Shown: in pieces, positions 8,513-17,781 of the stretch
Layout of the letters: each line of letters opens with the position of its first letter
Numbering within the stretch: position 1 is the stretch's first letter
Source: Oligoflexales bacterium
GTDB taxonomy: Bacteria > Bdellovibrionota_B > Oligoflexia > Oligoflexales > Bog-1112
DNA: 34,955 nt
Direction of reading: 5' to 3'
Assembly (NCBI GenBank): GCA_045105515.1
Contig: JBGCDR010000039.1
Coordinates: 1-34,955, forward strand
The notes under the pieces: generated by a model
The model's input: only the letters and a program-made list of their open reading frames with translations
The model's database searches: none
What the model was told of the DNA's origin: nothing
Program-made: the position numbers and the translations under genes

Positions 8513-10639
8513 TTACTTTTTATCAACCATAGATTTCTTGGAGTCCTTGTTATCTGATTTCTTCTTAGCCATAGACTTTTTAGTGTTTTTTCCAGCTGAC
8601 TTTTTCTTTTCTAGTTCCACAATCTTGATCCTACCCAATTTACTTTTTTCCAGAACCCTGATGTAATCGGTCATGATCTTGATGGTTTCTTGCATAAAAA
8701 TATCATCATCCAGCTTTTGAATTACATTTCCATATGCATCTTTTTCCATTTTACTTGCAATTTCTTCTCTTTCCTTCTCCTCTTTTTCATCTTTCTCTTT
8801 CTCTTCCTTGCTTGGAGCCTTTAGACTCACTCGCATCCGCTCTGCTTTTCCTTCTTTATACTTATCAATTGCTTCTTTGACTTCCTTAAATCCCTTATCA
8901 ATTTTGATCCTTCCAGTACTTGCAAGCTTAACCTGACTCAGATATGGGCCCACCATTTTGAACTGAGGATGCTCAGCTTTCTTAACTTCTCCCCAAGGAA
9001 TTGCGTAATCATAGTGTTTTTCGCCGATTTCATAGTAATCCGAGATAGAAGGTAACACTATATCTGAAGCAACTCCCCTTAGTTGAGTACTTTCACCAGA
9101 GGGTCTAAAAAATTTACTAATGGTGACTTTAATTGCTCCTAACTTTGGATCTAGGTCATTTAAATTTTGTACAGTACCCTTACCAAAAGTATGAGAGTCA
9201 CCAACAATAAGCCCTCTCCCATAATCTTTGATGGCACCAGCTAGAATTTCACTCGCACTCGCCGACTGCCGATCTATAAGTAGAATCAAGGGGCCATCAT
9301 AAATCGCTTTTCTATCATAATAATTGATATACGGCTTTGTTTTACTTCCTTTGATTTGAACTACGGGACCGGAGCCACCGAACAACCCTGCTACATTTAT
9401 GGCTTCATCGAGACTACCGCCTCCATTTGAACGTAGATCCACAATAATTCCATCTATTTTTTTAGCTTGCAGTTTGATAATTTCTTTTCGCATATCACGA
9501 GAAGAACTACGAAAATTCTCCTTATTTGCCTGCCTGCCTTCAAAATCCATGTAAAAAGAAGGTAGATCTATCACACCGATTTTGTAGGTTTTATTTTTAC
9601 CAGGCAACTCCACACGAGACGAATACATGTTAGATTTTGCAGCCCGGTCAGCGAGTTGAATTTTCTCTCGAATAATAGGTGCTACTAACTCCTTGTCCCC
9701 TCGTCGTATGGATAGCCTTACTTCTGTTCCACCCGGACCTCGAATCAGCTTAACAACATCCTTCAAATCCATATCAATCACATCTACTGGAGTTCCGTTA
9801 CCTTGTGCGACAGCAACAATTTTATCATCTACCTTGAGGTTCCCAGATTTTTGTGCTGCTCCTCCAGGAACAAGGCTTTGGATTGAAGTGACTCCATCTT
9901 CACTGCGCAATAAGGCTCCAATACCCTCTAGAGAAAGTCTAGTGGAAATCCGAAACTCTTCCAACTTGCTAGGAGAAAAATAATCAGTATGAGGATCCAA
10001 GGCAGTTGCAAAAGAGTCCATGAATATTCCATAAACATCCTCAGTATTCAGATCTTTATGGCGCTTACTCGCTAATTCGTATCTCTTATGTAATTTTTCT
10101 CGAACTTTCTTGTCATCATCGAGAGACTTTGAAAGCTGCAAATGCTGAAATTTAATCCTTTTTCGCCATCGATCATACACTTCCTCTTGAGACTTGGCAT
10201 ATGGGAGTGATTTGCGGTCTATCGGCATGTATTCATCTTTAGAAAAATCATGCTTAGTGTCGATCAATTTTGGAATAAGAGATTGTCTTTCTTCAAAACG
10301 CTTGGAATACTGAGCAAACATAACATCAATTAAAGAACAGTCTGCTTTATTGAGCATTTTTGGCAACTGCTGATATGATTTTTTTGCAAACTTATCAATA
10401 TCTTCCTTTAAAAAATAAACTTTACCAGGATCCCATAATCTAATAAAATTATTCAAGGTTCTTTTCCCTATATCCTCAGAGAATTCGTGAATTGAAAAGT
10501 GCATCCTTAGATAGTATTGAGTCATTTGTTTAATATCTCTGCAGTCTAGGCCATAACTTGCAGGGATACAAAATATATAGCTTAGGAGAGTACCAACTGC
10601 CATTTTCCAGATTTTTTTACGCCCAAATTGGGAGTCCAT
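8513..10639 (-). CDS. prc: Carboxy-terminal processing (tail-specific) protease, S41A, Prc/Tsp
   Basis: Motifs ALDPHTDYF, PDZ loop SLEGIGALL, DLRSNGGGSL, catalytic SASASEILAGA, TFGKGTVQ and STQLRGV; Lys-rich C-terminal tail. Confidence 0.93.
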   Translation of the reverse strand: MDSQFGRKKIWKMAVGTLLSYIFCIPASYGLDCRDIKQMTQYYLRMHFSIHEFSEDIGKRTLNNFIRLWDPGKVYFLKEDIDKFAKKSYQQLPKMLNKADCSLIDVMFAQYSKRFEERQSLIPKLIDTKHDFSKDEYMPIDRKSLPYAKSQEEVYDRWRKRIKFQHLQLSKSLDDDKKVREKLHKRYELASKRHKDLNTEDVYGIFMDSFATALDPHTDYFSPSKLEEFRISTRLSLEGIGALLRSEDGVTSIQSLVPGGAAQKSGNLKVDDKIVAVAQGNGTPVDVIDMDLKDVVKLIRGPGGTEVRLSIRRGDKELVAPIIREKIQLADRAAKSNMYSSRVELPGKNKTYKIGVIDLPSFYMDFEGRQANKENFRSSSRDMRKEIIKLQAKKIDGIIVDLRSNGGGSLDEAINVAGLFGGSGPVVQIKGSKTKPYINYYDRKAIYDGPLILLIDRQSASASEILAGAIKDYGRGLIVGDSHTFGKGTVQNLNDLDPKLGAIKVTISKFFRPSGESTQLRGVASDIVLPSISDYYEIGEKHYDYAIPWGEVKKAEHPQFKMVGPYLSQVKLASTGRIKIDKGFKEVKEAIDKYKEGKAERMRVSLKAPSKEEKEKDEKEEKEREEIASKMEKDAYGNVIQKLDDDIFMQETIKIMTDYIRVLEKSKLGRIKIVELEKKKSAGKNTKKSMAKKKSDNKDSKKSMVDKK

Positions 10640-10687
10640 TGTTCTCCTCCTAATTCCAAGTGACTCTTATTATTATTCTACCTTCGC

Positions 10688-10714
10688 TTATCGTACGCAC
10701 CTACTAAAACCTAA
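10688..10714 (-). promoter_or_regulatory. Candidate sigma28 (FliA)-type promoter for prc
   Basis: Minus strand reads TTAGGTTT-N11-TACGATAA against the consensus TAAAGTTT-N11-GCCGATAA (12 of 16 matches, correct spacing), 48 nt upstream of the prc start. Confidence 0.35.
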
Positions 10715-10863
10715 AGTCTGAGAGCTACCAAAAAAGACAACATGTTCCGGATAGTACCATAGTTTTAGATAGCTGTAATGCAATTGATAAAGCAGATCCT
10801 TCTATTAAAACCTAATATTGTCACCTAAGCATAGAATTTACTTCTTAGTGAAATCTGCCGAGT

Positions 10864-12687
10864 ATGCTCAAAGGAGCAACACTCGGAGCCTATTGGGATA
10901 TGTCGAGGTCCAAGCGCATCATATGGTTAGCATCTTCCAAGGATCAGTTTATGATCCATATGGGAGAACAGCTCAAGAAACATCAATTCCATTGCGATTA
11001 TGTTTTTTCAATTTCAGAACTTTCCGAGCAATTATCTGAACAGCGAGCTTCTATTATCTTGCTTGGAAATGGAAATTCTAAAGCTGAGACATTGGATTTT
11101 ATTTTAAGCCTTCCTACTATAACAGAAGCTAAGGGGTCTAGGTGGGTACTTACCTTAAATGAATACCAAGCAGATCTTGTAGAAATAGCTGCGGCTTCAA
11201 ATTTTAGAGATTTTGTTCCATCCAATATCCCTCAAAACCTGTGGCTATTCCGTGTACTCTATGCATCTTCACGTCAAGCCCTGGATTTTCCTATTCCCTC
11301 AGCGCATATCGCTGTTGACCACCCCTCCGTCTTTCATTTTCCTGGAAGAATAGTTTGGCTTAATAATGATAGAATAAGAATTGAAAGTCAAATTGCCCCT
11401 CCCCTTGGTACAACCATTGAAGTTGTCGGGGATCTATTTGGCAAAAAAGAAAACAAGGTACTTAAGCTTCATATTGAAAAAGTTGAACAGAAAAGGCTAG
11501 TCTATCGATTCTCATCTGCTCTTGAAGGGTCATGGTCTGTTCAACCTAATCAAAAATCTGATTTCATTAAGTACCTCAAAGAAAATGCTATTATTTCATC
11601 TAAACCTAAATATCGTATTTTTCTAGGAATAAAATCTAAAGAATATCGTAAACAGATCATTAACTACTTTAACTCAGATCAATATGACTGTAACTCAGCA
11701 TTACAATTAAAAAGTCTTTTATTCGAACCCAATTACTACTCACCGGATATCTTATTTATAGAAGACAGTCTTTGCTGTGGAGCCCATTCACAGCGCTTTC
11801 AAAAAATGATTGAAAATTTAGACAACTCGGTCCCAGTAGTAATCATTGGAGCAAACCCCGAAATAGCTGTTCACAAAGAACATTATAAAAATAAGACAAT
11901 CGTCCAAATGGTCCAAGTCAGTCAAGATGGACTAAATGAAATTTGCAGACAACATTTACCTCCCATTGAACGCTTAATGGATATGCACAAAGCTACCTTC
12001 TACCTTGACAGTGACGAGCCTTTGTCATGCATCTCAATAAAAGTTCCTGGTAAAATTAACTCTTTACATTCAATGACGGTATACCTTTCTTCGCCCTACC
12101 CATTGAAGAATTTTTCAATTTTCAAGATTCAAAGCCCTCTTTTAAAAAAGTGGCTTGGAAAAGACCCATGGTTTAAGATAACAAAGCTTACAGGCACCAA
12201 CTCCTCCTATGATAAAAGATTGACCTATTCAGCTGGGGGCTTCCTTATGGATATTAGCAATAGTGAAAAACAATTATTGGCCTCATCACTTAGCAAGTTT
12301 ATTGGCAAGATTCTAGGAATAGCTGGAGAAAACAAGAGCGAACAACTAGCTTCAAAAAACTACGAAAAAAATGAGATAAGTGAACCAGCTCCTGAAATTA
12401 GAAGCAACAGACCTGAGCACCATGAAGACAATGCGCTAACTCTAGCAAAAGAAGATGCGCTTCCTCTTACTAACTACACCGACCAATCATCTTTCACACA
12501 AGACATCAAACAAGCTGTTTCTAGTTTAGGTTCAAAAAATATTTTATACTTTTTTATTTTTATTCTTGTAGGATTTTTTTCTTTAGTAGTTGTCAACTTC
12601 ATGATCCCAAAGCTAGTGAAAAACTATAAAAAGTCTGGGAGTATCTATGTTGACCAATTGAAAAAATTTAGCGGCGAAAAAGAGTAA
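10864..12687 (+). CDS. Hypothetical protein with putative duplicated receiver-like and PilZ-like domains and a single C-terminal TM helix
   Basis: 607-aa ORF (alternative ATG at 10900) with no N-terminal signal; one strongly hydrophobic segment ILYFFIFILVGFFSLVVVNFMI about 25 aa from the C-terminus. Domain calls are by pattern only. Confidence 0.6.
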   Translation: MLKGATLGAYWDMSRSKRIIWLASSKDQFMIHMGEQLKKHQFHCDYVFSISELSEQLSEQRASIILLGNGNSKAETLDFILSLPTITEAKGSRWVLTLNEYQADLVEIAAASNFRDFVPSNIPQNLWLFRVLYASSRQALDFPIPSAHIAVDHPSVFHFPGRIVWLNNDRIRIESQIAPPLGTTIEVVGDLFGKKENKVLKLHIEKVEQKRLVYRFSSALEGSWSVQPNQKSDFIKYLKENAIISSKPKYRIFLGIKSKEYRKQIINYFNSDQYDCNSALQLKSLLFEPNYYSPDILFIEDSLCCGAHSQRFQKMIENLDNSVPVVIIGANPEIAVHKEHYKNKTIVQMVQVSQDGLNEICRQHLPPIERLMDMHKATFYLDSDEPLSCISIKVPGKINSLHSMTVYLSSPYPLKNFSIFKIQSPLLKKWLGKDPWFKITKLTGTNSSYDKRLTYSAGGFLMDISNSEKQLLASSLSKFIGKILGIAGENKSEQLASKNYEKNEISEPAPEIRSNRPEHHEDNALTLAKEDALPLTNYTDQSSFTQDIKQAVSSLGSKNILYFFIFILVGFFSLVVVNFMIPKLVKNYKKSGSIYVDQLKKFSGEKE

Positions 12688-12689
12688 AT

Positions 12690-13184
12690 CTATGATTCTA
12701 TCGACTGCTTATGACTTTCTCTGCAGGAGCCACACCTTCCATATAAATCTAGACGATGAGAGGTTAATACAAAGCCTTTCTCTTTTGCTACTTTTCTCTG
12801 TAGATCCTCAATTTCCTCATTTTCAAATTCAACAACCTTGCCACAATCTACACACACAAGATGATCATGATGGTCACCAGGCTTTATAACTTCAAAAACT
12901 GCCCTTCCATCTGCGAAAGAATTTTGCTCTACAAGACCTGCATCTTTCAAAAGATTTAACGTCCTGTAAATAGTAGCAAGGCCAATGTTATGGCCTTCTT
13001 TGCGCACAGATTCATAAAGCTCCTCAGCATCTACATGGGTTTTCATTATAAGAAATTGAGAAACTATTAACTTACGCTGTTTCGTCTGTTTAAGCTGGTT
13101 GCGAGAAAGGTAGGCATCTAGGCCATCCCAAAACCACTGTAATTTCAGGCCATTTCCATCATCCTGAGCCCTATGTCTATCCAT
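12690..13184 (-). CDS. fur: Fur-family metal-dependent transcriptional regulator
   Basis: Motifs T.QRK.I, HVDAEELY, GLATIYRTL, HHDHLVCVDCG..VEF and C-terminal GRCGSC. The ATG at 13184, preceded by GAGG, is preferred over the TTG at 13199. Confidence 0.9.
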   Translation of the reverse strand: MDRHRAQDDGNGLKLQWFWDGLDAYLSRNQLKQTKQRKLIVSQFLIMKTHVDAEELYESVRKEGHNIGLATIYRTLNLLKDAGLVEQNSFADGRAVFEVIKPGDHHDHLVCVDCGKVVEFENEEIEDLQRKVAKEKGFVLTSHRLDLYGRCGSCRESHKQSIES

Positions 13185-13271
13185 GACAATCCTCTGCAAC
13201 GCTTATCATATACAATTAAGACGATAAGTCCTGGATGATAACCTTTTTTATTTCAATTTTCAATTAGGCTT

Positions 13272-14816
13272 TTACAATACTATGGCAGCTGTTCCAAAGA
13301 GAGCTTTGAGGTCATGATCATCAAAGTTAAGTCCTGCACCAAGGAAATAATTGGGATCATTGGAAATTTTGCCCGTGTTTGGATCTAAACGAGTAATGTC
13401 ATCTACACCAACCACTGCATAGATATGTTTAAAAAATAGTATGCTAGCATATGCTTTCAGATGAGCAGTCCGCCTTTGCGTGGAAGTTGAAGACCAGTTA
13501 AAGGCCTCAATACTAAGCTTTAAGCGATCTGAAAAAAGAAAAAAGTCACTTGCAACCCCTCCTGTTGATTCAAATAACCCAAACCTCAGCTGAGCAAAAT
13601 GCCATCTTTTTCCAAATTGAACATTGAAGCGAATTGCTCTATTCTCAACGATTCTTTCTCGAGTCTTGGTTGCGGATCCAACGTTGTCATCACTTATATC
13701 TTCTGGATTCAGGGTTTCAACTTGAGTTTCTACCACTGTTTCTGAATGATCAGTAAATCCTAACAAGTAAAATTTATCGGGCCTTGTACGCAAGTAAGTA
13801 TTGAAATAATGTTGAGTAGTTTCGTCTTTGCGAACAAAACCATGGTAATCAACCGCAAGCTGAAGTTTTGTTGCCGGAGCTAAAACTTCTCTGACATCAC
13901 TAATAGCAGCCTGTAAATCATTAATAGTTTCATCATCATTCACAAGCTTGCCTATGGTACCTTCCCCTTTTTCAATTTTATCGGCGACCAACCTAATATT
14001 TTTTGCCGTAACTTCAACATCTTCCATGGTATGATCAAAAGCCGCGATAATTTTATCTATTTTTTGTTTATTTTCATTATTAACAACTTCTTTTATCGCT
14101 AGGCTAAATTCTTTTAAATCAGCAGTTGCAAGCCTCACATTGGTTATGATTTCATTCAAATCACCTTCTTTTCCACCTATTACATTTTTCAGTGTACTTG
14201 TGGTTGCTTTAATATCCGCAACAATTTCTTTAACTCCTGCTCGATTTTCCTCAATCAACATTCTAGCATTTTCAGCTAAGCCTTTAACATCTTGTACGAT
14301 CTGCCTGATATCTTTTTCTCCCTCTTGGCCTCCAAGAACCTTAGCAAGAATGGTCGTTACTTCTTTAACATCCTTACCTATGGACCCTGCGACTGATATC
14401 AGTGCAGACAAGCTAACTTGACCCTCAGCTGGAGGTAAAAAGCCACCTGCTTCAACATATACCCCGACATCATCACCTCGAATAATTTCAAGAAAGACAT
14501 CCCCAAGTAGACCTTTTTCTTTAATTGCTATGGAGGATCCTTCTGGAATCTTAACATCCCCTTTAATTTCGAAATCTAAGCGTGTCTGATTTGCCTGCAG
14601 GCTAATTGAGACGACCTTTCCAACAATGACACCGTTGGTTTTCACATGAGTTTTAGTTACAATCCCAGCAGCATCCTTAACCACTGAATAATATCGCTTA
14701 TGATCATCATTCACAAAATAGTCTGGGCTCAAAACAAAGAACATGTAAGCGATAATTGCTCCAGCAACGATCGTAAACAAACCGACTTTGAATTCAGTTC
14801 CGAGATTCCCCATCAA
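13272..14816 (-). CDS. mlaD: Long MlaD/MCE protein: TM, MCE domain, helical region, C-terminal beta-rich domain
   Basis: N-terminal EFKVGLF TM, MCE motifs DAAGI....VKTNGVIVGKV and GLLGDVFLEI, helical stretch with GEGTIGKLVND, and a C-terminus of alternating hydrophobic/aromatic strands. Confidence 0.88.
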   Translation of the reverse strand: MMGNLGTEFKVGLFTIVAGAIIAYMFFVLSPDYFVNDDHKRYYSVVKDAAGIVTKTHVKTNGVIVGKVVSISLQANQTRLDFEIKGDVKIPEGSSIAIKEKGLLGDVFLEIIRGDDVGVYVEAGGFLPPAEGQVSLSALISVAGSIGKDVKEVTTILAKVLGGQEGEKDIRQIVQDVKGLAENARMLIEENRAGVKEIVADIKATTSTLKNVIGGKEGDLNEIITNVRLATADLKEFSLAIKEVVNNENKQKIDKIIAAFDHTMEDVEVTAKNIRLVADKIEKGEGTIGKLVNDDETINDLQAAISDVREVLAPATKLQLAVDYHGFVRKDETTQHYFNTYLRTRPDKFYLLGFTDHSETVVETQVETLNPEDISDDNVGSATKTRERIVENRAIRFNVQFGKRWHFAQLRFGLFESTGGVASDFFLFSDRLKLSIEAFNWSSTSTQRRTAHLKAYASILFFKHIYAVVGVDDITRLDPNTGKISNDPNYFLGAGLNFDDHDLKALFGTAAIVL

Positions 14817-14965
14817 AAATTCACTTCCAATCTATAAGAAGTTTGCATATGTGAATCGGTCCCTACAATTAATCACTTTAAATTTCATTGTCCATAGACC
14901 TATCATCTACAAATTTTGGCCTATGTGAAAATATGTAAAGCAAAAAATTTTAACATAACAACTAA

Positions 14966-14982
14966 TGCAATAATTCTGCCAA
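14966..14982 (-). promoter_or_regulatory. Candidate sigma54 -24/-12 promoter upstream of mlaD
   Basis: Minus strand TTGGCAGAATTATTGCA has exact GG-N10-GC spacing and resembles YTGGCACGRNNNTTGCW; it lies in the 183-bp mlaF-mlaD gap and faces mlaD. Confidence 0.5.
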
Positions 14983-14999
14983 ACTTTTAGCTCATATTA

Positions 15000-15749
15000 T
15001 CAAAAAAATTCCATAGGCCCTTCTATTCTTCCGGAAAAAAATTGCCTCACTATAGGATCATTGGTAGATCGGAATTCATCAGGACTTCCAGAAAGAGCAA
15101 CTCTCCCTTTATAGAGCATTATTATATTATGAGAGGTAGCTAAAGCTGCCTTCAAATCATGCGAAATCACTATTGAAGTTAGCTCTTTTTCAGTTTTTCC
15201 CACCTCAACTATAAGTTGATCAATCATTTCACACACCAAAGGGTCCATCCCTGTTGTGGGCTCATCATATAGGAGAATCTTGGGCTTAGCTACAAGAGCT
15301 CTCGCCAAGCCTACTCGTTTTTTTTCACCAGTTGAAAGTTCATTAGGATATTTTCTCTTGATGTGCGGCAGGCCAGTTTGTTCCAAAACCTCATTTGCCC
15401 GAAAAAGCATAGCTTTTTTCGACATCATGGTATGTTCTTTTAAAGGAAATAAGACATTATCTAATACAGTCATGCTATCAAATAGAGCTGCATGCTGAAA
15501 AAGCATTCCAAATTTTCTGCGGTATATTCTTACTTCATCTTTTGAGTAATCAGAAATATCAAACCCATCTACAATGATTCTACCTTTATCTGGGCGCAAA
15601 AGACCCATAATATGTTTGATAGTAACAGATTTACCTTCACCAGACTTTCCTAAAATAAAAGTAATTTTCCCTTTTGGAATATGCAAATCTAACTCATCAA
15701 GTACTACATGAGATCCGAAAGCTTTACTAACACCCTGAAAATAGATCAT
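15000..15749 (-). CDS. mlaF: MlaF/Mkl-family ABC ATPase
   Basis: Walker A GKSGEGKS, FGMLFQHAALFDSMTV, variant signature LSTGEKKRVGLARAL, YDEPTTGMDP and ISHD. The ATG at 15749 overlaps the mlaE stop (ATGA). Confidence 0.92.
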   Translation of the reverse strand: MIYFQGVSKAFGSHVVLDELDLHIPKGKITFILGKSGEGKSVTIKHIMGLLRPDKGRIIVDGFDISDYSKDEVRIYRRKFGMLFQHAALFDSMTVLDNVLFPLKEHTMMSKKAMLFRANEVLEQTGLPHIKRKYPNELSTGEKKRVGLARALVAKPKILLYDEPTTGMDPLVCEMIDQLIVEVGKTEKELTSIVISHDLKAALATSHNIIMLYKGRVALSGSPDEFRSTNDPIVRQFFSGRIEGPMEFF

Positions 15750-16558
15750 GATAACCAACGTACTTCTATGTAGCTGATAACAAAGTCTGAAAGCAGTATT
15801 AAAATTAAGGTTCGCACAACTGCATTGGTCGTAGCTAGCCCAACACCTTCTGCTCCCTTAGTTGCGGACAAGCCTGTCTTACAGGATACTGCTGCAATGA
15901 CAAAAGAAAAAATCAACATTTTCCTGAGTCCCGTCATAATATCTGAAGGCTTTACCAAATTTATTAATTTTCCATAGAAAACACCTTCGTCAACATTGAA
16001 AACAAAAACGCCCACGATATAAACACCAACTATTCCTATAAACATGAATATTCCGCATAAAAATGGCATTATTATCATTGAAGCTAAGACTCTTGGGACT
16101 ACCAAATAATGTACCGGATGAACGCCCATAGCTTCCATCGCGTCAACCTGTTCATTGACTTTCATAATCGCAATTTCCGCTGTCATCGCAGAGCCAGCAC
16201 GACCTGTCAATAAAAACCCTGTCATCAGTGGGGCTAACTCAGTGGCAAGTGCTATACCTGTTGCCCCTCCAATCATCCCTTCAGCATTAAAAACTGTAAA
16301 AACTCCACCGATTTGCAACCCAAAAACAGCTCCAGTAGCAAAACCTGTCAATAAAATGATGGCTGCAGATTGGTTTCCAATAAAATCTATCTGCTGAAAA
16401 AGAATTTTTTGCCTAAAAGGCCTTCGGAACATTTGCTGAAAAATTTCTCTTATATAAAAAATAAAACGTCCAGAAAGTTCAATCTGATTAATTGCATACC
16501 CAACCCATGCTAGAATTGGTTTAGGGAAATCAAACATTGTTTTTGTCCGGGGATTCAC
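15746..16558 (-). CDS. mlaE: MlaE-family ABC permease
   Basis: Motifs ELAPLMTGFLLTGRAGSAMTAEIAIMKVNEQVDAMEAMGV.P..YLVVPR and GAEGVG.ATT.AVV. Start is either GTG 16558 or ATG 16537. Confidence 0.93.
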   Translation of the reverse strand: MNPRTKTMFDFPKPILAWVGYAINQIELSGRFIFYIREIFQQMFRRPFRQKILFQQIDFIGNQSAAIILLTGFATGAVFGLQIGGVFTVFNAEGMIGGATGIALATELAPLMTGFLLTGRAGSAMTAEIAIMKVNEQVDAMEAMGVHPVHYLVVPRVLASMIIMPFLCGIFMFIGIVGVYIVGVFVFNVDEGVFYGKLINLVKPSDIMTGLRKMLIFSFVIAAVSCKTGLSATKGAEGVGLATTNAVVRTLILILLSDFVISYIEVRWLS

Positions 16559-16668
16559 TTTTTTGTAACCCTCAATGATTTAGAACCAGACTCATGTGCC
16601 ACATAATCATAACACCCGAGTATTAAATCACACAGTGTCATCAAGCTGACATATCGTCAAAAAATCCA

Positions 16669-17781
16669 CTAATGATTAAATGCAAAAGAGAACCTATAGA
16701 TCTCTTCTAAACTATGTAAACTATTTAGACGTTCTGGCACCTTTATCATGAAGGGAGATAAATCGTAATTCTTATTTAATAAATTTACATAATATTGAGC
16801 AGCATCTTTTTCCCTTTTGTAAACCTGATGTAAAGTCTCAAGCAAACAATGAAAATGAGGTGCTTCAGTTTTACCAGCAGAAGACTCTTTCATGTAAGCT
16901 GATAACTCTTCACCAAGATTTAAAGACATGCATTTATTAAATATAATTCCATCTAGAGCGTAACCATAAACTACCAACTGCTCAGCAAGATTTCTTGCTG
17001 ACCTTAATGCTCCATTATTGCACGAAGTAACCAATATAAAGCCTGTTTCCTTGCTATGAAGGGTTTCTAATAGTTTCTCTCCCGACTTATGAAAGCCTTC
17101 AATAACCTGTTGCATAAGCACTAAGAATTCTGTCATTACACTAAGCGCCTGAATACCAGTAACACGCGTCAGCCCACCCATCAAACGCTCACCTACCGTT
17201 AAAAGCTTGTTGACGCCGATTTTCTTGGCTACATGAAAAGGCTTGATAAGCCAATTCATGACTTTGTTTTCCATAAAACCTGAAAGAATATTCGGTCGAC
17301 TCAAAAATTCTAAGGCATGAGTGTCAGGGGGTGTGTCCAGAACTATCAAATCAAACTCTTTACTCTCAATCATTTCTTGCAGCTTAGCTAAAGCCATGTA
17401 CTCCCCTGGGCCTGCAAGCTTTGTGCTAGCTGCAATATATATTGGATGTTCCAGAATTTTTTCAGCTGTTTCTGGGCTAGGTGCATGCTTTTTGACCATA
17501 CTATCAAAGACGGCTTTTTGATCGAGCATTGCAGCATCAAGTCGTCCCTTCATTTCTAAATGCTTGCCAAATTCTATCGTTTTCAAATTGCTTCCAAGGC
17601 TAATACCCATTGCGGATGCTAAACGCTTTGCAGGGTCAATAGAAAGTAAGCCAACTTTCTTTCCTTGTCTTGCCGCTAGAATAGCAACACCAAGTGAACA
17701 GCTAGTTTTACCAACCCCTCCCGAGCCTAGGAGGATTATTGTCTTACGTCGGTCTATCAACTTCTCTAATTCATTGGTCAT
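16669..17781 (-). CDS. ArsA/Get3-family ATPase, second subunit (Rv3680-like)
   Basis: P-loop LGSGGVGKT lacking the signature Lys, SIDPAKRLA, EYMALAKL and IVLDTPP; single ATPase domain; no ars genes nearby. Confidence 0.87.
   Translation of the reverse strand: MTNELEKLIDRRKTIILLGSGGVGKTSCSLGVAILAARQGKKVGLLSIDPAKRLASAMGISLGSNLKTIEFGKHLEMKGRLDAAMLDQKAVFDSMVKKHAPSPETAEKILEHPIYIAASTKLAGPGEYMALAKLQEMIESKEFDLIVLDTPPDTHALEFLSRPNILSGFMENKVMNWLIKPFHVAKKIGVNKLLTVGERLMGGLTRVTGIQALSVMTEFLVLMQQVIEGFHKSGEKLLETLHSKETGFILVTSCNNGALRSARNLAEQLVVYGYALDGIIFNKCMSLNLGEELSAYMKESSAGKTEAPHFHCLLETLHQVYKREKDAAQYYVNLLNKNYDLSPFMIKVPERLNSLHSLEEIYRFSFAFNH

Noticed and set aside
13231..13249. Autoregulatory Fur box upstream of fur
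   Set aside because: Only about 11 of 19 matches to GATAATGATAATCATTATC in AT-rich DNA, which is not distinguishable from chance.
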